From NCBI GenBank assembly GCA_002633005.1, contig NMRA01000968.1, positions 39,407 through 82,301 on the forward strand: DNA of 42,895 nucleotides, given 5' to 3'. Source of the DNA: Phoronis australis (Eukaryota; Animalia; Phoronida). The position numbers and the translations under genes are program-made. The notes below the pieces were generated by a model. It searched no databases and was not told the DNA's origin. It saw nothing but the letters and a program-made list of their open reading frames with translations. Positions within the stretch are counted from its first letter, which is position 1. Each line of letters opens with the position of its first letter. Shown piece after piece: positions 23,114 to 34,792 of this stretch.

Positions 23114-23119
23114 AATAAA
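23114..23119 (+). terminator. Likely polyadenylation signal of the H1 gene
   Basis: AATAAA about 330 nt after the stop, followed by a T/GT-rich tract. I see no histone stem-loop after the stop. Confidence 0.65.
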
Positions 23120-26100
23120 TGTTATATTTTTTAATTCTTTGTGTGTTTTCCTTTTGTTGGAACACTTGGGAAAATGAAGTTATGTCTAAATATCAGGATG
23201 GAGTAAAATAGTTCCATATGCATAGCAAATTTCTTGAACAACATTCACCCCATTGTGCATTTCATATGCTCTTGAATATATGAGAAGCGTCGTTCTCCCC
23301 ACAATGTTTGTGATTAATTGGTTAAACAAACAATTGAAATGTTAATTTTAACAAAGACTATTATGCTCAGAATTAAAAGATGCCATTACAACTATTCCAA
23401 TCTTCCCGTTCAAATGTCAAACAGAATCAATTTTTTTCGTATGTGGTAGAAGTTTTAAGCCTTTCAATTTACGTTTCGGTGTTGCTTGGCGAAAGCATAC
23501 CCATGCGACACCTTACGGTAAGCTGTCATGTCCACACATCAGCGCACGTCTGCTACACACACACGGCACCAATGAGATAAATATACCTCGAGTTGAAGTC
23601 ACGTGGTTTTCGTTGAGCGGAGTGGTCCGACATCTTGCTGATGAACCATGTAGTATCTAGGAGCCAATGTTGGTAACAACATGTGATTTCAAGTAAAAAC
23701 TCATAGCGTTAATATTAGTATAATCACGTGCTAACTAGGATTTTTAGAAAATCATTCAAGAGAATCATTGCATAGGCTACTTGAGCACATAACAGAGGTC
23801 TTGACTTTTATCTTTAGTTATAGCATGAAACGTCAAAACTAAAGTTTGATTTCCAGTATAAAGATCAGACCCAGAATCAATGATAAAATTGTTTGGTCTT
23901 TCGAGATTTGAAATTTAGAACTGAAATAAATTTTGTGGGTGAGAATCCGGTCGCAGAAACAATATTGTTCATTTTAATTTGGTCCCTAAAACCGACACCC
24001 ACTTACAAGTCGATGTTTCATGGTCTTTTACTTTACATTCCTTCTTAGTCCGATTTGTCTAATCTTTAAGGGTTTAGTGACCTTATTCTCTCCGAGATAT
24101 CTGTTTTTTTCTAGCAACGATGAAACACAAAAAGTGAACATAAGATTAATAGTTGTACATTTTTACAGAAAGGAACCAATTCGAAGATTTGTTAATATAA
24201 CCAGGTTATTAGGAATAAGGCAGGATCGATGGAAGGGATACCTCAAGAATGCTACACCCCACAATGTTATATTGGGACGGTAGATGAGTTGTTTCTGTAG
24301 ATTTCAAGAGAAAGGATAAATGTTAAAATCTGCAACTGTCTTACTTGAGGAAAAGCATCAATTTTATATTCTGTCCCCGTTGTTTATGATCTTTTGATAC
24401 TTACAGTGGGTATGTAGGACAGGGCAGTTATAGTTTATGACCATTGAGTTTCGTGGCGGGATCAATATAAATCTACTAGTAGCATAAATGTGGGACCCAA
24501 CTGAATCGAAGGATTAAATAAGAGTTGGTTGAAATCTGACTTGCTGAAAGTGAGTGCATGTACCAGTACGGTACTGTAACTTTGTACCAGCCAGACATTG
24601 CTCTTTTACTGTCATGTTGTGATTTTACTGCGTGATGGTGATATTTTGAAATAAATCAAATCTTTATTGTTTGAACTAGTTACAGTATCTCAATGTGTTG
24701 TTTCTGTGTGAACATTTTTTGTTGTCCTTCTCGTTCTCGATGGCCAACCAGATGGAAGTGTGCTTGTTACTGCCAGAAAAAATCTGCAATTCCGTACATC
24801 ATGGTAAGATAAAAGGAGTATATTGATTGGTGTAAAAATTAATGTTCAACTTGGTAAAAACTAATAATGTGAACGACTTTTTAAAATCATAGTTCCGCTT
24901 ATGTACATGTATTGCTGTCTTGTTTTACAACTGAGTCTAAGACACAACTGTTTGAACTGTGAGACAATATCGTTTCTAACTACAAGTTACCAGTTCACCA
25001 CTCTAAGATGAATTCGGTACTAAAACAAGTAACACTAGATAATTAAAGAAAAGTAGCGTATCACTGAAGAAGTTTTCCTTGAGATAACTCAGCACCCCTA
25101 ATACTCGTTTTATTTTTTGAAAAAAAAAATCTGCATAATGATGTAATTCTATATTCCTTGGTATATCCTGAAGCAGACAATTCCAGGCAACTGTCGGGAA
25201 AGAGGGTCTGTACAAATGCATATTTCGACCTCCGGCTTCGGCCGCCCAAGCAGTGGTGATAAGTCACAGGCACACTGGGCTAACCGATGAATACTGTGCG
25301 TATCTTAGCAACCAGTACAGGGTGTTTTTGGTGTCATTTGTGCATTGTTCTTTTTTCATTGAAATACTTCACGTTGCAAAATTTTGTTCGCAACGTTTAT
25401 TCAAACTGGCCTATGCCCTCAATTCCGAATAATTTTATGCACATGTACACAAACATGTACTAACAGTTCTATTTGTCTATTGTTGCATGCAGGCGTGAGT
25501 GTTTGTATGTTCATCGATTTCCATGCGTTTCTAATATTTTTTCTACACAGTGTTCAAGTGTTTCACACTAACACATGCCTCAAATCTTTTTGTTAGAATA
25601 AATCAAGCGGCCCATACTAAAAACTTTGGGAATGCAGTGATGTAATGGCTCGCCGGTGAGCGGCCCCCTTGACAGTTGTTCGTCTTGTCGGTTGATAAAC
25701 AACTTAAAAAATAGGTACTATACAATTATAAAGACGAAAAAAATTAATCACAGTAAAATATTATTTTCTAAACTTTATATATTTTAGTGATTGCCTTTTC
25801 GACTGGGCCGGTAAAACCTCCCAGGCCCTATAGCAGCACTCCGTGAGAATTAGGCTGTGGGCCAGAATTTGTAAGGCTTCAAGAAAATGATTTTTATGAG
25901 TACTTTAGGGGAGCAATTTTATTTTGGTGTTTTTCAATTCATTAACTAGAGTGTTTTCAAAATCTGAAAAGTTCCCACATATAAAGTTGCACATTTTTGA
26001 GAAATTTGAGTTTGAAATTGCATAATAACTACCATTAGAGCTAAGAGAACATTTGTAAAAACAACAACTTTTGCTATCTTTTTTGTAAAACAAGTAATAT

Positions 26101-27274
26101 GGTCCCTCAGTGTCATTGTATTGAACAGTAATACACTTACATTACATGTTTTACTATTGTAGACTAATTGTAAACAGTGAAATTTAAAAAATGCAAAGTG
26201 ACACCTAATGGCAGACATGCAAACTAAGTCTTGAATGTTACTGGGGGGTTATTCTGGCATTGTCTGGCAACAAAAATACCACAAAACACTTGAGACTGGG
26301 CAAAATTTGTGCCTCAATGACTGAACCATTGACTAATGGTGTAAAATACAGCTTGTTTGCATAATACATTAGAAATACGTTATAGCACAAAAACAATATA
26401 GTTGAATGATCTCTGTGAATGTGCACACAGACTGTATACCTAAATAATAGATTATTCTGACAGCGATTATCAAGCAGTATGAGATAAATACAAAACAATG
26501 ATCAAAGTATGTACTTTCTGTGACTTACTCAACAAATAAAATTCTCTTTTTAATACAAAAAACACTAAATAACGGGGTTGGAGGTCTATTTAGGGTTGAC
26601 CAAGTTGTCAAAGAAGTATCAAATGTCATGCAGTCAGTGTTGCTAATGTGTTACCACAGTTGTCACAGCTGCACATTTCTGCACAGCTTGACCCAGCATT
26701 GCAGGACAAACTCAGTTTCTCAGCACACATGCACTTGCAGTGTTCATCGTTTAGTATCGTCAATGAAGCTGCGGGCATCGACATACATTTTAACTGCAAA
26801 GCTCCACCGCCAAGGAGCCAGGTAAGGTCGAATAGAGAGGGTGCAGCACTGCGCACTGGTGATTGGCCCGCAGGCAACGAAGGTTCAAAAAATAAGTCCT
26901 TGTTAGGAGGCGGGCAGGATTTGGGCAAACGTTTGATTCAAAATATGTTATAATGGGCTGTGTTAATTAGAGTCAGCAAGTGAATTATTGAACACTAGCC
27001 TCAATTCACTTTCGTATCTCTTAGTCGGACACAAACTACAACAGTGAGTAGCTTCAGCAGAGTTTCTTAAGATTGCCTGTCCAGACGGACTTATCAGGAA
27101 CTGATCCACCACCAGCCTAACAAATTTATATGCCGTCTAATCTGTCGCCTAAAAATGTTTATCGTCTAATAATTAGATTAGTTGATGCAACTGAAAATAA
27201 ATCAGCTGATATACCAGTGATTGAAATTTATTTTTTAAATCAGATGTCATACCATAGTCAATCGATTTACACTT

Positions 27275-27420
27275 GCAGTGGCGGATCTAGGATATCACAA
27301 GGTGGGCCCAACATTTTGTCCGGCTGTAAGCATTTGAGCAAACCACGATTTTAGATGCGCATGGCACCGAATGGGGAAAGGTCGGGAGGGGAGTTTTCCT
27401 CTAAAAATCAAGCATTTTCC
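27275..27420 (+). mobile_element. CAGTGGCGGATCTAGG-type short repeat fragment, related to 37641-37773
   Basis: Shares the GGCGGATCTAG head with the element at 37641. Confidence 0.4.
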
Positions 27421-27502
27421 TTGGTTCCTGAAGTATTATCCAAGTAAAAAAAGCAAAAATAAATTAACACAGAGAACGTGTCAAACAGGAAAAACTGCAA
27501 TT

Positions 27503-27567
27503 ACAAGAGACTCGAACTCCCGAACAGGCGGATAAAGCGCGCGTGCTTTACCACTACACCACCAGAG
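27503..27567 (-). mobile_element. tRNA-derived SINE head or tRNA pseudogene
   Basis: The minus strand has an A-box (TGGTGTAGTGG) and a B-box (GTTCGAGTC) at tRNA-like spacing, but no intact cloverleaf. Confidence 0.6.
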
Positions 27568-29904
27568 TTTATCTCCAAATCTGATACTAAGAGACTTGTT
27601 TACGGTCCACAGCGTTTGCGCGCGAAACCTACTTCTTTTTGTAATGCTTATTACACGTTTTATAATTTGTGCAATCGATTCTTAACAAATTTGTTGTATT
27701 TAAAATAGTATTCAAATGCCCAAAAGACCAAATCCATTTTTGGTGTTGGCAATAATGACGGGATTGCTTTGGAAATCATCTTACGTTAAGATTTGACAAA
27801 GAGAGAATTATGAGTTTCAGAGTGATTCACTAAGGCTTCGATTAAAATTCACATCTTACCAGCAGTTTTTGTGTTTTCATTGTCACTCAGGTTCCATTTT
27901 CTTTAAAAAATGAAATGAATTTTCTTCATTCTGATTGCACAAATGGAGCAGACGACGGAAACGGAGTCGTTGTGCGCAGCGCCACTGCCGGCCACCTGGG
28001 ATATAGCGGGGGAGCATATACTTAGCCATAGTTCCGTTACGAATGCGCCGTGTTCTGAATTNTTTACAAAAAACTGAGAAGAGGTTCCTCCTATCCCAGG
28101 ACTATGGCAGGTGATGATGGCCACTTGGGCGTGTTGGTTACAACCATCTATTCCATTTAACCTTCTCCCACAGTATAACGCCATATGATTATCTCTTGGC
28201 GCAAGCAAAGTCGATGTGGCAACTGAACAAGTGAGTGTTCGAAAAATATTATTGCAGGAGTATTTGTTTAAACTGGGAACAAATGAAAACATTAACGCCC
28301 TCCTCAGAGGCATCTCTCTACGCGGTACTTGTAAACTTATACAGGAACATGACTTATGTTTTAACCAGTGTGATGCACAATTTGCCGAAAAGCATACGGC
28401 ATATGGAGTACAGTGTACCTATGGTATGATCAACGTTTCAACCGAGTCAGCGGTATTGTTTAAGGCCTAGGCAGCCAAGGGGCTAAATAAGTTTTAAAGA
28501 ACAACTTGCGATAATACTGAAACACACTTGGAAAACACCAACATGTACCTTTCAAAAGCACTTAGCTGTTTTTCAAAGCTGTATAGTTCTTATTTCTTTT
28601 TCTTTATTGAAATGTGGTCCATAATATACTTTTCCCTGCTAACAAATGATGCACTAATGTTTCAGAATGTTCCTATCATATTCAGGTTAATTGGGTGTTT
28701 CAGATTTTGGAAGTATAATTGATTTTCTTGGGAAATCTTGGGTAACATCTGTATCAATTTCAGAAACTTCAGCTTTAGTAGTACTGCTGGTGTCTTGAAA
28801 CGTTGCTATGCCTTTCTATGTCATTTCCATTTTTGGTCTGACACTTAGTCTTCTACAGCAGTATACTAATACTGTATAGGCTATACTAGGACATGCAAAC
28901 GTTTGTGACACCTCTTCTTCTTTGATCTACTGATCTGCAGAGTTCCACAGTCCATCAGCTTTCGTCAAGAAACTTCTCTAAGTTTCTTCAGGCTTTGGCA
29001 TCACGATTTTGTGCTGTTTGATAAACCTTGAATTATACAGGCATCACACTCCTTGGGAGCAGCCATATTGAATTAACTAAGCACAACAATACAATCTGGC
29101 TATTTGATTGGTCAATTCAATAAAAAAGCGCCACCAACTGGCAGGAATGTGCATCATATTTTGTGCAACAAAAACACCTTTAAAAAATGTGCAAGTGTAG
29201 ACGTGGGAACTTTTTGGAGTTTGATTTATATGTATCTTACCTAGCCACATAGAAAAAACTAGGTTGCCTCCCCAAAGTACTCACAAGGATGAACGCTATG
29301 AGATCTGGCCCACGGACTAACTTTCAGCCAAAAGCATCAGGAATTTTTTTTTGCAATCATGGCTTATTTGACCTTTTAAGCATGCGTGGGTCACAGATTT
29401 ACATTGCTTTATGTTGCCTCGTTAGTAGTCAAATTTTATTCTGAAAATTCCCCGGCTTCCATAAAACCACCGTGCTTTTGTTTACATAGCGTTCATCATA
29501 AATATGGTGGACCGTGTGTGACGCTATGTCTGGCTTGCGAGTAGCGCTGTGTAGACGTGTCGTCTCTCTATTCTGTATAATAGCTCATTGCACGGCGCTC
29601 TGTTCACGCACCTATGTAGCGTATATTCACCGTACTAACGAAGTCTCCAGACACAGACTTGATATTCAACACAGTCTTTTAAAGTCAACAGCTTAAAACA
29701 TTTTCCATTCTTTACACATTACGTGCATAGTAATCGTAGTCTGATCCTGAAGAAAGTTTCGTAACAATTGCGTAATAATAACCATAGTAATTGTTCTTGT
29801 TACCGTTTTTTTTATTCTGAACTCGATCGTGGCGTTATTGCACTTTCACCAGCCAAGATCTGCCCATACTTTTCAAACCATGCATGCTTATCAAGTCCTG
29901 ACAC

Positions 29905-30026
29905 AGTTCAGTAACGCGTAGGACCTCGCTAAAAAAACAAGACGTGGCGAGATTTCGTGAGATAATGCCATGTATTTCAAATGATTTTGGCTAGATTTCA
30001 GGGAGACCCTATGTCGTTACTGAACT
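29905..30026. mobile_element. 122-bp MITE
   Basis: Perfect 12-bp terminal inverted repeats AGTTCAGTAACG / CGTTACTGAACT, extending imperfectly inward (TAGG/CCTA). Confidence 0.7.
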
Positions 30027-33000
30027 CTACTCTGTATTTCTAGTAATAAGCCGAGGAGGGGGGAGGCGGCTCAGAGGCAATATTAGCGGTCCTTTCCACG
30101 ACACTACGAGGCCGTATACGAAGCGGCAGAGTACATTTTCACTGTCTGTGAAACCTTCTCCGGCATGGGTATAGGGCTGGGTGCGGTGGCCATTTGAGCA
30201 AAGAAATATGTTGGAGCATCAACATTTTGGAAGGGATGATTGAGTTAGGAGAGCTTGAGGACCACTACGTAGTGTTTAAAGACAATGTTTACGATGTTTT
30301 TATATCGACAAAAATATCAATACTTCTTACAAACGAGTTACAAGAATAGTATTTTCTGAAGATCGTTAGTTGGAGAACCTATTGGTGACGATATAGTTTT
30401 TCGTAGGAAACTTGCATTTGTCGACCAGTTTGCGGGGTGTCACTTTTATGACCATATATATGTACAGTGTTCATGTCTAACGGATGAGGATGTTGAGAGC
30501 ACATGTACTGGCAATCGAGTTTCTTGTTGTAGCAGCACTTAATGGGGCCATAACGGGCAACAACTGAGTTGATATCACGTTGGGCAGGAATAGATTCCTG
30601 GGGTAGGAGACCCATGCCCACTGTGGGTTGCCGTGTACCGTACTCTCTTTGTTTCACCACAGTTATCTGCACGCTAGCCTTCGGATATTTTCTGTTTATT
30701 CTATACACGCGTTTTCTGCCCACAAGTCAATCATTAGAGGTGCCCATTGGACGAATATAAGGACAGGGGGTGGATGTGGAAAAATAGCTTCCATATTAAA
30801 ACGTTTCAAAGTTTCATAGAGAACGAACACCAAAAGACTGGCCAAAGAAATTTTTCACCAACACACTGCCTGTGGGGCATTCATACGTCGACGATTTCGA
30901 GTATTGAATCTCTTGTTCTTTATTGGCGCGCCAATTTGTGTAGTAAGGGTATTGATACACCCGAAGGTATATTTGTTACTTCCAAATGCACTGGTAAAAA
31001 TGTTCTATTGTAACCCGGACATGTCTGTTGAAATGCCCTGTACTGTGCATTTCAAATTTAAAGGAATAATTCTACTACTTGCATAGAACTTAGAAAGCGT
31101 GCTGTTTCTACCTTTCGTGTTGTCAAGTGACGGTTTATCAGGTCAAGGTTATTTTATTCTAGAGACTGGCGAGGGTTCGTTGTTTCCGATTGACGTTCAT
31201 GTATTTGTGTACCTACGAAAATGACTTGATTCCGGTAGACAATTTTTGACAGAAATTGATAATGCTTTAGCAGCCTTAGATGAAGTTGGACAGTCGGGAA
31301 AATCTATTATAATACCGCGACCTCCAAAACACAAAGAGCACCAGGCGATTCTATCAATTCGAAATAACCCTCTCAGGAACTTTTTTCAGTAAATTTTGAC
31401 ATCGGTTGATGAAATTTGGCCAGTTCATATTTGTCGCCCGGTTACGGGGGCCCAGCCTTCAGAAACGGGGTAGCAACTGCAGATTTCGTCAATGTACCAG
31501 TTACCCAGAACCGCACCATTTCACTCTGAACCTTCAAAGCATTATCCTAACAAAGTAAATCTTTACATTAGACCTACTTTTCAATCGCAGCTAAGGTTTC
31601 CTAGATGATGTTTCGTCTGCCCAATGCCAAGGTGCTCTCCCCGTATTTCGCAGCCCGAGCGAGGAATTTCTTACAACCCCATAAATCAAATAATGATTTT
31701 GGTGGTATAAGAATTTCATAAAATGAATGCTTCCTTAAGGTCAAAATCGAATCCTAAAGTCGTCACTTTTTCGACAGGTCTACTATATGAGGCCCTTTCT
31801 CGTGAAATAATGTTTAAACATGTTGTGTACTCACGTTTTTATGGTCTGCTTCCCCGTGGTTTATCCGCACGCCAATAGGAGTTGTATGGGAGATTGGCGA
31901 CGACAAGGGGTCGGAAATGATGGCGATAGGGAGAAGTCGAAGCAGTTTGTTCCCTCCCCCCACCAGTAATGTTTACCTTCCGATGTGCAGCCCCACGAAA
32001 GAAAGGGTGGCTTTTCCCCTTTGCGAACGGGTTCCCTTTTAAAGTTATAACTCTGCAATTTTACATTGGAATGCTAGAAAATGGTTCCATATATAACTGT
32101 CATTCCACCAGAGCACCGAAAGGTCAACTCTAGTGTCACCGACTCAGATCTTAAAAAATTGGGTGTACATCCTGGTGGGTTATGTTGAAAATGCTTGTTT
32201 GAAATTTTTCGGGCCATTATTTTTAATCTAGAGCATCATGAATATTTTGGCCGGAAATAGTCAATTTTTGGTGCAAGAAGTTTCAGTTAGTGAAATTGTT
32301 TTAAAACGGCTTAAAAACGGGAAATGAAAATATTTATAACGTTTATGTAGACATTGAATCTCTCCTTCAGAAGATAGTGTTTGAATTTTCAAAAGTTTTT
32401 CCGTTAACCGTCAATGGATTGACAAGATTCGGTAAATTTTGCCCAATTATGTGTTTTTTTGAGGTGCTCTGGGGCCAGTTTGCGGGATGTTGGTGATTTC
32501 CAATGATATTTTTCATCAGTTTGTTTCTGATTAAGAAAATGAAAAAATAAAAATATGGGCTTTTTGTTTGTTTGCAAGCAACAACCGATAAAAAGACATA
32601 CCATCTTGTATTTTACGGTGCTTGACTTCGGGCAGTATGCAACTGTATCTCATAAACCTCATAAAGACGCTTCATTAATTTTTGCAAATAAGTTTCTATG
32701 GTAATCAAATCAGTCGCCGTCAATTCTTTATTCTTTGACTACTGCTGGCTCTCTAGTGGCAGTTTCTAGAACTAGATTTATTTGGTGAAATTTCATGAAA
32801 TTTGGCCATGAAGTTTCCATCGAGGAAAAGATGACACATGCATGTTTGAGAACGACGTTTCAATATTAATCTAATTCTGTTACAATATAGAGTTTTCTGT
32901 CTACTATTGTACCTGAGGATGACTTTTGATTAATATCGAAATTCGTTTACATGCTGCATTCTAGCGTCGATTTTATTTTCCACATCTTACTTCTAATTTA

Positions 33001-34179
33001 GCCAAAAACTAATATTATTGAACATGCATGTTTTCGAATGAGTCTTAGCACTTTGGAAACCGATCATGCCTAAAACCTGTGCCTCCCTCTCTCCGTCAGC
33101 TGCTAACTGGTGTCCTGGCAAGGTCCACCTTATGACCTGATAACCATTACATAAAATATATAAAGTCACTCTAATCTGAATTTTGTCATTTTTACAGAAT
33201 GTTAATCTTTAACCGATTTCTCCCAAAGCTGATTTTGTCAGTTGTTGTCACACACCTCGAGAGATAAAAATGATATTTCTTAAAAATTTTGGATGCACGG
33301 GTTTAAAAATTTTCATTGCAGCAAAGCAATCTCATTACAAATTAGTACGCAAACTAAAATGATCCTAAGAGCCTTTTGTCACAGTAAGTAACTTAGAATG
33401 TACCTTGGAAATGTTCAGCAATACAGGGTGAACCAAGCTCACGTTAAGTATGAAAGTAGACATGCATAATTGTTACCATGGCGACTGATTACCATAAAAG
33501 TTTTTGTCCTTAAACTAGAAATTGACTAAGCATGATAATAAATAATATGAAGCTATCACACAGATGGATTGGGGTAAGCTTCACACTTCATAATCCAAAT
33601 GTAACCCATTTCTGTAAATCAAGTAAGATTTTTCACATTTTGTTGCTTTGCTTTCTCTTGAAGTAGAAAGTGACTAGTTACAAAACATGAATCAAACGCG
33701 CATTTTGTTCATAGAATTTAGAAAAAATATGTGTCTTGTGAAAGATAATCGTGCATTGAAGAGAAGTTGAATTTAAAAAAAAAATATTTCACAGCAATTT
33801 CAACAGAATTTAGCAGAATGCAAGGTCAATTGAATGGGCAACTTACATTGAAATAAATAGAAGATTCATAACAGTTATGTCAAAAATGTTATGGCACAAG
33901 CACCGAACAAATGTACAAAACTGCTTTTTGTAGCAGTGCGTTTGCAAATGTATTGGTAATCAAATCTTCACCGATGTAGCCAGTTGAACATGCCTTTCTG
34001 TTCAAAAAAGTAACCATGTTGTCCATCGTGAATTGTGAGCACTTTAACCACTCAATTCAATATGTTACAACTGCGTGATTAATTTCTGGTGTTAACTCTC
34101 GGATTGTACACAATGATTAGTAAAGGCATGCGTTACTAAATTTTACTGCTAACCTATTCGTGAAAAACACTCCGTAATT

Positions 34180-34792
34180 TATGCTGCTGACGTCGCAAGA
34201 TGGCCGACCCGACCGGAATGAAGTCAAAATTTGACGCATAAACAGCGATAACTTTTGAGTGCACCACGCGTTTTTGATATTTTTTCATTTTTGTATTTCA
34301 GAAATTTATGCCTTTCCTGTGATGTAGGCTTTTGTCTTCAAAGTGAAAAAAATATTTTTTGTTCGACCGCTTCATACAGTCTAGGACCCTTAATTCAAAA
34401 GATTTTTTATCAATCAAAGCTAAATTGCCTTGAAACATCGCACAAATCGGAATTTTTTTTATTAAAAATCACATGAATTGTTCATGTCAGCCTGAAAATT
34501 GTCTCTAAGGTCGTCAACCATTTTGAGTTTTGGCACCAGACAATTATGTCATCACTTGCCAGTTATGAACGCTCAATGGGTGAAATAGTGATATGGATAT
34601 GTCAGACACCTAAAATGTTGATACCCATTAATTATCTTTCTTGAAACCATTTTAAATGTAACGAAGTTACAAAGACATTCGTTTAAAAAACGTAGAATAC
34701 GCAACGTTTGGGCATTTTTTAGAGATTTTAAAATTTGTTCGGATATCCAAGATCTATCCAAAACATAAATTTCATTGTCCACAGCCCCTTAA
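34180..34792. mobile_element. One end of a probable Kolobok-type DNA transposon
   Basis: Ends in ...GTCCACAGCCCC-TTAA, which reads TTAA-GGGGCTGTGG on the minus strand. The partner end was not found and the left boundary is approximate. Confidence 0.35.

Larger units (their letters stand above)
25851..29319 (-). mobile_element. Decayed, internally deleted Academ-like DNA transposon (XPG/Cys8 type) with nested insertions
   Basis: Inverted ends TAGGCTGTGGGCCAGA (25851) and TCTGGCCCACGGACTA (ending 29319), plus TGAGTACTTT / AAAGTACTCA. Minus-strand relics are an N-terminal part (MAAPKECDACII...; CIIC at 28642-28653) and a C-terminal part (PPPNKD..LRANHQ..W...CKCMC...C...CAEMCSCDNCGN, 26626-26930). 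Confidence 0.7.

Noticed and set aside
23560-24805. Extra gene from CCAAT/E-box motifs and a donor site near 24803
   Set aside because: I could not assemble a consistent exon chain or a recognisable protein.
26626-26928. Metallothionein gene
   Set aside because: The upstream frameshifted RANHQ motif and flanking inverted ends fit a transposon Cys-rich C-terminus better.
27503-27567. Functional tRNA gene
   Set aside because: A and B boxes are present, but the anticodon arm and acceptor stem do not fold convincingly.
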